This document shows positions 11,760-24,523 of a DNA stretch of 64,000 nucleotides, piece after piece; positions within the stretch are counted from its first letter, which is position 1; each line of letters opens with the position of its first letter. Position numbers and translations under genes: made by a program. The notes beneath the pieces are model-generated. The model saw nothing but the letters and a program-made list of their open reading frames with translations. It was not told the DNA's origin and ran no database searches. This DNA is from Antedon mediterranea. Its lineage: Eukaryota; Animalia; Echinodermata. The stretch spans positions 24,539,175-24,603,174 of the forward strand of contig NC_092677.1 of assembly GCF_964355755.1 (NCBI RefSeq), written 5' to 3'.

Positions 11760-14700
11760 GTACGTATTCAAACAATTGGTAACATTATTCCAACGTTTAA
11801 CGTTGACCACGTTTTTAGGTTTTAGAGATCTTTAGTGGCTTTGGTCTGTAATTAGAATCCCTCTAACTATAAAAACCGATACTTGGATTCGTCTTTACAA
11901 TTTTTAGTCGCGTGCACTCTACACCTCACTATGTCGGTCGGTCGGTCGGTCGGTAAACACTAACTTGTACATGGCCTTGTCTTGATATCAGTTTCATCTA
12001 GGTAAGTCAATTTTTCACAGTATATTCCTTATGACCAGGAATCGATGTGGTTATGTTTTCACGGTGCGCAATCAAAAATTACGCGGTCTACGCATGATTT
12101 AACGAAATCACGTTTGTAATCATATCTTCACAAGCATGAATCACAATTAAATAAAATTTGGTAGTTTTAAATTTCAGGGCATAAATCATCATATGGCAAT
12201 ACAATTACGTACGTAGCGCATAACGCATGAGTACGCGCGCTTAAAATTTTCAAAATTGTAAAAATATAAATATGAACTCTTTTTGCCCGATTTCTGTTTT
12301 ACAACCTTTCTTTAATAATATCATCATAATATTTGATTCACTTTTCAACTCGAAATTACGTTATACGAGCACGTCAACCATGACAGGCTACGCACGAGTA
12401 AATTAAAAAAAATATAAATGTTTTTAAACATTTTCTACATTATTAACATGTTCAGCAATTTCGGTCGGTTGGTCAGTCAGTTGGTCGGTAAACACTAACT
12501 TGAGCACGCGACTGCAGCCATCTGTATGGTCCTGTTGATATTATTCGATTGCATTGTGGATTTAAAGGCGGCACGAAGAATGGAGCTTTAAATAGTTCAA
12601 ATTAATTGAATACCTAAACAATTGATCATTAGTAGTAGTAAATACAATTGTCTGTTTAATCCATAATAAAATATGAAATTAAATTTGGTTGTATTATTAA
12701 AATTAAAAACAAAGGTCATGTTCTCTATCTTTTCTTGTCACATGCAAGTGACGCATGCACTTGTGATTATTGTTAAAACGTAGTTTTTTTAGTGACATAG
12801 TGTCTTTAAAAAATATATAAATAAAATTTACAATTATTAAAAACATTTACTTATGACCTACATACAGTATATATACAGACATGCTGAATATTGCGGATTT
12901 CATATATTATTACAATTGTCTAAAAACACATAATCAATGTTTACATTTAAACTTATACAGCATATTTCACGCTAATATATAATACAATTGTAAATCGTAG
13001 GGAGAGAGATCTCCAGCACATATTTATTTTAATAGGTCAATAGGTCAAATATCTTGTCTATTTTTCCATTTCTGATCAGTAGTATAAAAGTTATACGAAT
13101 ACTTATTATTTATAATTTCATTTTTAAACAGACCCCAAATATTTGCAGATTCTCTTTTTTCTGTCCTTTCCAGTTCTTTATATATTTTATATAGAGGATT
13201 TATATATACAACAAGTAAAAACTGAAATCCTAATGTTCTTTTACTTGCTTAGATACAGGTGAACAACAAGTTGATGTAGTTAAAAACGTAGACATTGAAT
13301 TACCAACAACAGCAATAACAAAAACAGGTATGTAAACCAGTTTAGCTGATTGATTTTTAGTAACATGATCAAACAATTTTTGATATTATTCGATTGCATT
13401 GTGGATTTAAAGGCGGCACGAGGAATGGAGCTTTAAAAAGTTCAAATTAATTGAATACCTAAACAATTGATCATTAGTAGTAGTAAATACATTTGTCTGT
13501 TTAATCCATAATAAAATATGAAATTAAATTTGGTTGTTACTATTTTGTTTGTCTTTTATGAGCTCGTCCCACTTTTATTTCAGTCTGCTGTACAAATTAT
13601 TGAAATAGGCCTATATACAAGTTCTCTAGGCCCTATATAAGGCATAGAATATGTATGTATATTCTCTTGTATAATATTAAAATTAAAAACAAAGGTCATG
13701 TTCTCCATCTTTTCTTGTCACATGCAAGTGACGCGTGCATGTGATTATTGTTAAAACGTGTTTTTTTAGTGACATAGTATCTTTAAAAAATAGATAAATA
13801 AAATTTACAATTATTAAAAACATTTACTTATTACCTACATGCAGTATATACAGACATGCTGAATATTGCGGATTTCATATAGTACTACAATTGTCTAAAA
13901 ACATAATCAATGATTACATTTAATTGGCACTTTATTGGCCGCGAGAACTGTGACAGAGCCATGATTTGAACCCAGAACCCAGGCTTGTTAAGCAAGTAAA
14001 TCCGACACCAAAGGATCCACAGATCAGAAACTTAAATATTTTGCTCTGTATTTCTTTTTTATACGTATGTTTTTGTGTCTTGTATTTTATAATCATTTCC
14101 TATAACAGTCAGACTTCATCTTTTTTTAAATCAATAATATTGTTATACTATACAGTACATCAAATGCAGTACAGTACACGGTTTGTGATGTTGTTAAGAC
14201 ATCAATGTTAACATTATGTTTCTTTATAGTACTGGTTGTTGCTGTTGTCATCGCTTTCATCGCTGTTGTCATCACTTTCATTGCTGCTAGGCCTATAGGA
14301 GGTGATGATTTATCTTTTTTTTTTATGGTTAGGTTGAGGGTTAGGTTATGGTCTATCAATACTAGGTGATACACGTGAAACACATATGATGCTATAATTC
14401 AAATGACACTGGAGAAATTTAGATACAGTATCAAGAATCAGTTGCACGTCACGAGTAAAATCCATCTGTCATGATTAGGTTAGTCATATGGCATATGACA
14501 CAGGCATCACATGTGATACATATATGACATTATTACAGAATTGTATAAAGTGATATACATGGACAAATTATACATAATGTATTAAGTACTGACATTTGGT
14601 AGGGAGAACGGTATGAGGGAAATAGTGAACCTCCAGGAAACCACTGTCAGGAGGCCAATGGGTTTTGATTAAATGTAATGTTTATTTTGTCGTAGGCCTA

Positions 14701-17700
14701 TAATCATTCGTTTATTTAAATGATTTTCTAATTTGTTTGAGCAGTAATTATTTTGTATTTTATTTGTCTTTTAACTTAAATGTAACTGTTTATTTTGACA
14801 TTTTATAACAAAATTATTATTTTTAAATATTAATTGTGTTTTGCCTACTATACTAAGTACTGTATTTTTTTATTTTATTAATCTTTTAAATGTTAATTGA
14901 ATTATAGGTCGACCAAATGCGCCTACAGTCACACTGTTGGAACAAAACCTCACTTCCATCACACTACGCATAGAAGACCCTGAATACACCGGTGATCTTG
15001 ACCTAATTTTCTACAATGTCAGCTTTAAATATGAAAGTAGGGGAAAGGATGTCGTTGAATTTAATATGTTTGATTACAGTAAGTCTTCATCAATTAAGTA
15101 AAATAAAAACAAACTATTGATTGGCATTGATATCGTAACCAAGGGCTGCACAGAATTTGTTTTTTATTTCTTTTTTTTTTTATATTATTCCACCAGAGGA
15201 TAAAAATGAAGAAGATTTTCAAAATTACACAATCAAAGGACTGTTAAAAGCGAAACCATACAAAATCAGAGTAGCTGGCAAGAATGAATATATGTTAGGA
15301 GACCAAAGCGAAGAATTATACGCTAGAACACTAACAGAAGGTAGGTATCGTTATTTCATGAAGGATACATAACTTAAGATTTCAGTACAACAATCCATTA
15401 GACTTAGGTACCATCAAAAGGTTGGTACTGTGGGAAAAAAAAGACTTTCTAAATACAAAAAAAGTTATCTGTTGCAGTTAAATGCACATGATGGTAAATA
15501 TTACATAGTTGGAAACAAATCTGTATTGCCACCTGGCTGAAAATGAAATGCGACAAAGGCTGTACAGTAAGATCAACCAAACTCTGTAAACCAAGGATTG
15601 GTCCAATCCGCCATGTAAAAACCCAACGAAACTGAGCAAACATTAATGCAATGAAAATTGTGTGTAAATTTAATAACTTATTTAAACATGCAGTAAAACA
15701 CTTAATTTAATACTTATACAGTACTGTATAATAGGCAAATATAATAGTAGAAAAACAAATGAAATGACAAATAAATAATCAATAATATGATATTGTATTA
15801 ATAATTCTAATAAATATTGTGAATTGTGAATTAATAATAATTGTGATATAAGAGTTTAGTAATTAATTTTAATTCTAATTGTCAAATTCATTAAAAAATA
15901 TATGGAAATATTAGAATAAATTGTCAAAATAGTTAGGGTTGGGAAGGGCATGGTTTGGAAGAGGTCAGTAAACCATGCACATTCTGAGTCACTTGTGAAT
16001 TCAACAAAAATAATAATTCTTCACCAACCATAATTATATTTTATAATAGATTTCAAATATTAAATTCCTTTTGAAACTTTACGCACTTTGACCTTTTGTA
16101 ATTGATCACATTCTACAAGTGAATAATTATATTTTTCAATTTTGGATAATCCAACATGTTTAGATTCAATATAATAACTAGGATAATGATAAATCTCATC
16201 TCTATTATTTTGAAACATATAATTTGCATAATAAATACCAATGTAATGTCTAATGCGAATATTTTTTAGCATCTTCAAGGAAAGTCTTTAAACAGTGATT
16301 GGGTTCACTTTTGACAATCCTGGCTTTTTGTTTAATTTTGTATTTTTATGTATTCTGTTGTAATTGTAATGAGCCGATATTGAATAAATCAAATCAAATC
16401 AAATCTGGGAGATAATTTTCATAGATATATTACAAAGTATTGGACCAAGGATGGACTCTTGTGGAACATAACAATGGGAAATGAATTTTCATCAACATTG
16501 TTATTGACCAAAGAACATGCCTATTGAACATTTATTAAACATATGCATACAATAAACAATATTCAATTCAATGGGTACGTAGATACTTACGTATAAAGTA
16601 TCGGTATGTGACAAAAACAATCAATTGAAAAATGTTTTGTTAATTTACTAATGTAGGCCTAATATTGTATGTATTTGTTGTTTTATAATAATACAAAAAT
16701 CTTCACCAACCATATATTAATTACAAAATCCTATTTATACGATTGTGACATTATAATTAGATAATGAGATATGGAGATTTAAGCCTTTGGACAAATCAAA
16801 GAAATTTCAGATTGTATTTATTTAATTATTTGCAATCATAAGCATGTTTACAATAGGTTGATATATAGCAAGGTTGTAGTTACTGTAAAATGATAGTATT
16901 TCTAATGCAGAGAATAATGGATAACAATTATTTCTGTTTTCAGATGAAATTATCCGAAACTTTCTAACAGAAGAACAGAAAAGGAAATTCCAAGATCCAA
17001 ACATAAATCCGCCGACGTGGAACGCATATTTTTTTAATTACAATATTTCACAGATGTTTACTGATCCAATATTAACTTCAACAATGTTGAAGGAGCGCAA
17101 CTACCCGAATCTAAACATCTCAAAGAACCCATCAGTAAAAGAACTCTTCAATGTTATCAACTCAATGGACTCGTGTAGAGTATTGATGACTGGAGATGGA
17201 GGAATCGGTAAAACAACTTTACTTCAGTATATATCTTACAACTGGGCAACGGATTCAAATTCTACATTTGCCGGTAAAATATTATTTTGTATAAATTTAA
17301 GGGACATCAATAAAAGTGAAACAATCACAGATAAAATTGTTGAGCAAGTTTCACTAAAAATGCTTCATAAAACTACCGGTCTTCCTGAAAATAAAACAAT
17401 TATAAAAAGGTTCATAGAAAAAAACGACAGGGAATTAATAGTATTGTTAGATGGATTAGATGAGTTAGAATATGGTGTCGTAGGAGCAGACAAGTTATTA
17501 GAGGGTAACGAACTGAGAGAAAGTAAGGTTATTATTACATCACGACCAGGTTTTTTATTAGACAAATTTAAACATTACGATTTAGATGTAACAGTAGAAG
17601 GGTTTGCTAAAAAAAATATAAAACAATACGTTCTAAAATATTTTACCAACAACCATACACGTGGTCAGTTATTAATTGAAAAATTAAAACTTGATTCGAT

Positions 17701-20700
17701 GTTTAAAAGTGATTGGGAACTCTTGCAATCCCCTTTTTTGTTACTACAAATGTGTACCATATGGAAACACGAAGAAAACATATCCACAGATGTTCATCAA
17801 TTTTTTAAAGAAATGTTGCTTTCTGTTTTAAATCAGTATATTAACAGAAGTGGTACTTGGAAAGCGATAAAAACATTGGATCACATTCCATCGAACTTTA
17901 ACCATTCCATTCTATTATTAGGAAATATTAGTTATATCAATTTACAGACAAATTTACTTCATTTTACAAAAACTGATTTAACACAGCTACAAGAAAATGA
18001 AGATATAGTTGACTTATCACTTAAATTAGGTTTTGTTTACCAAGATAAACCTACTGTTGAAAATTCTTTTTTCGAGACTTACCGATGTCCACATAAGTTA
18101 CTGGCAGAGGCACTAGCTGGGTTTTATTTGTCTCACAAAATTCAATTTGAGACTTTAGATTTTAAAGAAAGTGAAGAAATAAGAACTAACACGTATCTAC
18201 ATATGACTAGAGTGTTCACAGTTAGTTTTCTAGGTTCCAATGCTGACAAACTCATAAAACACTGGGTGGTAGACCATGCTTCTAATTATTACTCAATTTC
18301 GAAATATTTCCAATATGTAAATCAAGAACACGAAGAAAAGGTATTAGAATCACTTGATGAGCACATAAATGAATCGAAAGAAATAACGTTACAAGTCGAA
18401 CGCTTAACGCGTTCCTTTACAACGTTTTATAATAAAAAGTTACACTTCATACATTATTTGAAATTGTTACATAAAGAATTAACATCAAGTAGTGGTTACT
18501 CACTGGTAGACAAAAGAATTATGAAATTTATAAATGAATCAACTAAAGAATCATCTGAAGATATTTGCAGGCTTGTAGCACACGTCTCAATAATAACAAC
18601 ACAACATATGAATGGAAGAATTGACTTATATTTACTGTATCTATTTAATAAATGGGGTGATACAGCTATTAAGATTCTCTCAAATGAATGGAGAAGATGT
18701 CATTTAAATGAAAACATACAGGAATTGTATTTTCCTCACCCCAATCCCACTTTTACTAGTTCGAATGGCACACATTTAGGTCGTTTTCTTCAAATTGTTC
18801 CCAACCTTCGATTTGTCGACATGAGCCACGGTGGTTCTATATATAATGGTAAGCTTATTAACGAAATGTTAACCGAATGTAAAAACAGTACAGTGTTTTC
18901 AAAATTAACGGAGCTTGATCTCAGTCACAATGATTTAAGAGATATAAATGGAACATTATTAGGTCACAGAATAAATAATTCTAACCATTTGAAAAGTATT
19001 GAATTAAGCTCTTGTAAATTACATGGGACACATATAAATAGTATGTTAAATGAAATAAATGATCGGAAGTTAAACAATATTACCATTAAATTAGAATACA
19101 ATGACCTTTCAGATATTGATGGAGATTCACTCCGAAAGCTGATAGATGTACACTTTCATAGTGAACATTTACATTGGAAGGATCGTTATAATCTATCAGC
19201 CAAAAACTTACAAGCTCTTCTGATTTCAGCTCAGAAGTACCGATTTTAAAAAATTCGTTTTTTTGGATAATGTAGACCTATCATCAATAAATGGAAGTAC
19301 ATTAGCTAACATTTTTATTATATTTCCCAATATAAAACATCTTTCTATGAAGAAATGTACTTTAGTAGGTAGCACTATTTCTGATATGCTAAATACACAA
19401 ATATCTAGAAGCAAGCATGTGAAGGAAAATGTTGCAAATTATTTAGAATCTAAAAAAATTGTCATTGATTTAGACAAAAATGACCTTTCAGATATTGATG
19501 CAGATTCACTCGGAAAGATGATAGAAGTAGAATTTTATATTAGAAGACATGTTGAATTGTTTCATTTACGTTGGAAAGATTATTATAATCTGTCAGCCAA
19601 CAATTTACAGGATCTTCTGATTTCACCACAGAAGAACAGATTTTTAAGAGTCCATAGTGTTAATTTGGGTAATGTAGACCTATCATTAATTAATGGAAGT
19701 ACACTAGCCAACATTTTTGTTATATTTCCAAATATAAAACATCTTTCTATGAAGAAATGTAATTTAGTAGGTAGCACCATTTCTGATATGCTAAATACAC
19801 AAATATCTAGTAGTACGCATGAAATTAGTATGTTGAATGTTGCAAAGTTTCTAGAATCTAAACAAATTTCTATTGAATTAGTCGAAAATGACCTTTCAGA
19901 TATTCATACAGATTCACTCGGGAAGTTGATAGTATTATTGAAACATGAATATCATTATAATGATTATTATGATGGTGATTATCGTAATAAAAAATGTAAT
20001 CGTGGTGGTGTTTTGAAGTTACTCTGTTGGAAAAATTATAATTTATCAGCCAAGCATTTACAATCTCTTCTAATTTCACCGCAGAAGTACACTTTTTTAA
20101 CATTCGATATTGTTGATTTATATTATGTAGACCTATCCTCAATTAATGGAAGTTCACTAGCTAACATTTTTATTATATTTCCAAATATAAAAAGTCTTTT
20201 CATAAATAATTGCAATTTAGTAGGCAGCACTATTTCTGATATGCTAAATACAGAAATATCTAGTAGTACGCATGTAAATAGTAAGTTGAAGGAAACTGTT
20301 GTAAAGTATCTAGAATCTAAAGAAATTGAAATTGGATTAACAGGAAATAACCTTTCAGATATTGATGTAGATTTACTCGGGGAGTTGATAGTGTTGCATC
20401 AAAGAGTTTATCTTGATGATTTATTTTGGAACAATTTTAGTTTATCAGCCAAACACTTACAAGTTCTTTTAATTTCACCTATGAAATACAGATTTTCTAT
20501 ATTGCAAACTGTTGATTTGGAATTTGTAGACTTATCATCAATTAATGGAAGTATACTAGCTAACATTTTTATTATATTTCCTAATATGAAGCATCTTTCT
20601 ATGAAAAGTTGTAATTTAGTAGGCAGCACTATTTCTGATATGCTAAATACACAAATATCTAGTAGTACGCATGTAAATATGTTGAAGGAAACTGTTGCAA

Positions 20701-21542
20701 ATTATCTAGAGTCCAAAGAAATTACCATTAAATTAAGCAGAAATGACCTTTCAGATATTGATGTAGATTCACTCAGGAAGCTGATAGAAGGCGCACTAAA
20801 ACCACCTAAATTAGGTTTAGAACCAATAGTGGATAGTTACACTTTCTCTAAAAGTTTCAGTCTAATTTGGAGTGAGTATAATCTATCAGCCAAACACTTA
20901 CAAGATCTCCTGACCTCACCTTTGAAATACAGGTTTAATGAATGGCGTTCCATTAATTTGGATTTCGTAGACTTATTATCAAGTAATGGAAATACACTAG
21001 CTAACATTTTTGATGTATTTCCAGATTTAACCCATATTTATATGAATAATTGCAGTATAGTAGGCACCACTATTACTGATATGATAAATGAAATGAATAT
21101 TGAATTGAAAGAGAATTCAATATCACTAATTAACAATAACATTTCTAATATTGATGGCGAATCACTACTTAAATTATTGTATGTTATAAGAAACGATGAA
21201 TACAGATGCTCAGAAACATTAGAGTGGAGGAATTATGGTTTAACAGGTGAAAATCTTAAAGATATATTACAACGACCTAATGATGTTATATTGAAGTGGA
21301 AATATGTCGACCTGACGGATATAGATCTATCTTCAATTAGTGGCTCTACGCTAGCCAACATATTTAAATTATTTCCAAATTTGACTTACATAAGACTGAA
21401 AATATCAGACAATATACAGCGAGATATGTTGAAGGAATGCGTTGAACTCAGTTTTCCATTAAAAAATATCACAATTGATGTTTCAATTTCCTCTGGACAG
21501 TTCTGCCTTCAACGAGAGATAAAAGAAAAAAGGGACGTTTAA
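11225..21542 (+). CDS. NLR-like gene 1: tandem DED - linker - TM - FN3 - NACHT - LRR. Exons 11225-11759, 13253-13327, 14230-14301, 14908-15078, 15197-15340, 16944-21542; frameshift near 19247-19262
   Basis: Each exon has a pyrimidine tract-AG acceptor and a GT donor; all introns are phase 1 and join in one open frame into the NACHT ORF. Confidence 0.8.
11901..12536 (-). mobile_element. Non-autonomous Helentron/DINE-1-like (HINE) element
   Basis: (GGTC)n microsatellite, AGTCGCGT terminal motif and T-rich ends; homologous in opposite orientation to 61200-62050 and to a short copy at 26952-27052. Confidence 0.6.
12537..13923. repeat. Intronic direct duplication (12537-12950 vs 13382-13923) flanking the linker exon
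   Basis: Near-identical blocks starting GATATTATTCGATTGCATTGTGG; the first copy lacks about 150 bp. Confidence 0.85.
13253..13327 (+). CDS. Gene 1 linker mini-exon (DTGEQQVDVVKNVDIELPTTAITKT)
   Basis: TTAG acceptor, CAG|GTATGT donor, 75 bp, phase 1-1; homologous exons at 30678 and 56524. Confidence 0.75.
14230..14301 (+). CDS. Gene 1 transmembrane exon (VLVVAVVIAFIAVVITFIAARPIG)
   Basis: TTTCTTTATAG acceptor, 72 bp, phase 1-1, 20 uncharged mostly hydrophobic residues; donor GTGATG is weak but lies where the gene 2 paralogue has GTAAGT. Confidence 0.75.
14908..15340 (+). CDS. Gene 1 fibronectin type III domain on two exons (14908-15078, 15197-15340)
   Basis: PNAPTV...TSITLRIEDPEYTG...FYNVSF plus YTIKGLLKAKPYKIRVAGKNEYMLGDQS; donors GTAAGT and GTAGGT; sequons NLT, NVS, NYT. 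Confidence 0.85.
16944..19249 (+). CDS. Gene 1 NACHT NTPase plus first LRRs
   Basis: TTTTCAG acceptor at 16943 in frame with ORF 17054; Walker A GDGGIGKT, Walker B VLLDGLDE, sensor-1 ITSRP, WHD-like PHKLLAEALAG. Confidence 0.93.
19263..21542 (+). CDS. Gene 1 LRR super-repeat region, continuing after the frameshift
   Basis: Repeating ~130-aa units VDLSSINGSxLANIFxIFPNxKxLxMxxCxLVG...NDLSDIDxDSLGKLI...WxxYNLSAKxLQ. Confidence 0.85.
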   Translation: MDNVDLSSINGSTLANIFIIFPNIKHLSMKKCTLVGSTISDMLNTQISRSKHVKENVANYLESKKIVIDLDKNDLSDIDADSLGKMIEVEFYIRRHVELFHLRWKDYYNLSANNLQDLLISPQKNRFLRVHSVNLGNVDLSLINGSTLANIFVIFPNIKHLSMKKCNLVGSTISDMLNTQISSSTHEISMLNVAKFLESKQISIELVENDLSDIHTDSLGKLIVLLKHEYHYNDYYDGDYRNKKCNRGGVLKLLCWKNYNLSAKHLQSLLISPQKYTFLTFDIVDLYYVDLSSINGSSLANIFIIFPNIKSLFINNCNLVGSTISDMLNTEISSSTHVNSKLKETVVKYLESKEIEIGLTGNNLSDIDVDLLGELIVLHQRVYLDDLFWNNFSLSAKHLQVLLISPMKYRFSILQTVDLEFVDLSSINGSILANIFIIFPNMKHLSMKSCNLVGSTISDMLNTQISSSTHVNMLKETVANYLESKEITIKLSRNDLSDIDVDSLRKLIEGALKPPKLGLEPIVDSYTFSKSFSLIWSEYNLSAKHLQDLLTSPLKYRFNEWRSINLDFVDLLSSNGNTLANIFDVFPDLTHIYMNNCSIVGTTITDMINEMNIELKENSISLINNNISNIDGESLLKLLYVIRNDEYRCSETLEWRNYGLTGENLKDILQRPNDVILKWKYVDLTDIDLSSISGSTLANIFKLFPNLTYIRLKISDNIQRDMLKECVELSFPLKNITIDVSISSGQFCLQREIKEKRDV

Positions 21543-23530
21543 TTTATACAAATTTGTTATAGGACATGACATGAGTATATAATTTACAGATACAAACTTA
21601 CCTCACTGTCCCCAAACAATGTGCTTAAATATAAGTTTTGTTGCATAGGCTATGGAGAAATAAAATCGTTATATTTTTATTCTGTGGAAACATAGGTTAT
21701 TGGCATTAAACGTTATGATCGTACGTTAAACGGATTTTGTTTTTATGTAATGTCCATGGAACTTATCTTGACACAAATCAGACGTTAGGTCCACTTGTCC
21801 TATGAAACAATTTGCCGTTTCCTTTCTTAAAGGTTTCGTATAAATCTACAACTTCATGTTACACAAGTTTCTGTTGATTCGCATCATCGAACGGTTTTGT
21901 TTGAACTCGGCGTTTAAAGCAAAATATTTAATTTAATTAATAAATTTATTATATGGATATTTCATTTTCATTTATAATATTAAATTTCAAACACTTTTTA
22001 AAGGTTAATAAGTTGTTATATTATATACCTAATCTATCACATGTTTATTTGTGTTAATGTAAAATTAATGTAACATATTTTTGTAAGTGATTAATATGGT
22101 GTAATATAATAATTTTCTGGTTTTTTTTTATGTATTATTAATTTATTATTAGTTATTTTATGTTAGGTACATATTTCATAGTGTTTCACTATAATTATTA
22201 TTAATATTGTTCTATTTTATAGGGCACCACTATTTTTAAAAGCGTTTGCTTGTTGTGACTGACCTGTTCCTCTTTTGCTTTTACAATGTTACTTTGATGG
22301 GGTTTTTTCATTACATTAATTAGAATAAATTAATAGCAGTCAATTAAACACTTAAGGTATACATTTAAAAGAATTACCAAATCAGTTTAGTCAAATTTAA
22401 TGTAATTTTATGTATATCATTTATTGGTAATTAAAGCAATCAATTTGCATTTGACAAAAGTTTAATTGTAGATATTGTAAATATTTGAATGATACATTTT
22501 ATGTGATTAATTAAAAAAATATCTCCTAAGAGGAGTACCGGTATATATAAATATTGATCTAGTAAATGTGTATTATAAATAGAGAATTTGTAAACATTTG
22601 ATATAGGCCTATTGGTAACAGATTTAGTGATTGTTCAAATGTTGGAAAAGCGAATAAACACTAGTAAAGTTAGCGAAAGGAAATAAAATATGGTTGAGAA
22701 TGTCTCGATGTTTCGGTTGTGCTACAGACTGTCTTCTGTTTATTCTGCATTGACACCACCATACACGGTTCAGTTGTCACATACAAGAGGTAGATTTCAT
22801 CTGCTTAAATTCATCTTTTATTATAGTTATTGTACACATTTGTTTATTTACAACTTTGCAATACAGGTTACAACATTTGTAGTATATAGCCTTGTCGAAT
22901 TATTATTAAATGTATTTAATAAATATTGCTTCTGTCAAAAGTATATACGTTATTTGTGCGTTTTATTCCATTTAATATATATAAAATAGTTAAAACAATT
23001 ATATAGGATGTCACAGTCGCAAGGCGGCAATTACTATACACCAATAATACCGTAACCAACAGCGCGCGGAGTTCGCGAACGGAGTGGTGGAAAGTCACTG
23101 CTGGCCTGGATGTGACGGACTTTCAGTAGGGCTAGCACACATTGGCCTAAGTTTTAGAGGGAATTGTTGTCTAATAACGTACTAAAATGTATATTTTCTT
23201 TTCACTATCCTTTTACAAACATATAGTCACGTCGTAGGTGACAAACGACAAACGCAAAAAAAAGTTGTTGATAGAGATGACGTAATTTCAATCATGTCGT
23301 TGGTTGGCTAGAATCCATAATTACCGCGCGGTATTTTCACAAAATCGCATTTGTTTCTATCCTGAGCGGATTCCCGCTCAACCACTCGTCCGCTCCGCGT
23401 TCTATGTAAATGGTCATAAGAAATAACATAGATTCTATTTTTGCGTTTTCCGCTTACCTTTACCGCTTACCGTTACCGTCTGTGTAAATTGGCCTTTATA
23501 AGGAATTATAATAACAACAACAGCAAAAGA

Positions 23531-23735
23531 ACTAAGATCTAGTCATCAGGTGCTACTGGACATTCCAAGGAGAAAACATAGTTGGGGAGATCGGACTTTC
23601 AGTGTTGTTGGACCTAGCCTCTGGAACCACCTACCCTTTAACATTAAACACACATCATTATTGAGTCACTTTAAGATTTTTTCTACAGCGTCATGAGCAA
23701 TGAATGTTGGAATGAACGATTGATTGATTGATTGA
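23531..23735 (+). mobile_element. L2/CR1-type LINE 3' fragment
   Basis: LRSSHQVLLDIPRRKHSWGDRTFSVVGPSLWNHLPFNIK...FK, followed by (GATT)n. Confidence 0.7.
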
Positions 23736-24523
23736 AAAGGAATACAGTTAAGTAAAGGAGCGGATAAAAACGAATTTATATTATAAACCACCACATTATT
23801 TTGGAAGCCTATTTGGGTAAAGTAAACTATACAGTTAGCTACATTTACTATAATAATAATATAGAGAATTATCGCACGTGTCGACAGGTCTATTGTACTA
23901 ATGTCAATTATATAGAAGGCCCTATTTTCAAAAACCTTTTTATTAAATTGCATTTAAGCATACTGTAGGGTATGTAAAGAGAAGGTTAGATGCTATACTA
24001 TATTAGTGTACTGTAAACCTACCATGGATTAGTGTGTACCGTATACATGGAAATTATAGAATGTAGGCTTGTTTGTACACAAAGATCAATGAAAAAATAC
24101 GGCACAAGGAGGTCTGATTGATTTGAATTTGCTATTAAAAAGCACAGGTAAGTTTTTCAAAATTGAATAAGATGTTTATACAAGGCTAGTACGAGACAAT
24201 GTGAAGTTAAGTGAATCCACTGTAGACCACTGTAGATTATGTATCACATCAAGAAATCGTATAGTAGGAATGTTTTAAGGTCAGCAATTATTTAAAAGTT
24301 GCCAGAGTTGTTTGCTTGCAATTACTGTAGTCAATTTTCTATGAGTATAAAAAAATGTGGATTGTATAACGACAGAATAGACCACTCCTAACAAAATCAC
24401 GAAGGGCATTGTGGGCGTTATGGCGGTGTGCATTGTGGAACTGCTCACAGTGCACCAGCCAGACTAGGAATAATGTTTATTATGGAACGCCATTGCTGCT
24501 CCCGGCAGCAAACTTTAATTCTA

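Noticed and set aside
14126-14383. Minus-strand ORF with MKAMTT repeats
   Set aside because: Antisense shadow of the TM exon.
17054-21542. Two separate genes (NACHT and LRR), or a prokaryotic STAND defence operon
   Set aside because: The paralogue at 40343 is continuous across this point; spliceosomal introns and metazoan TEs show eukaryotic origin.
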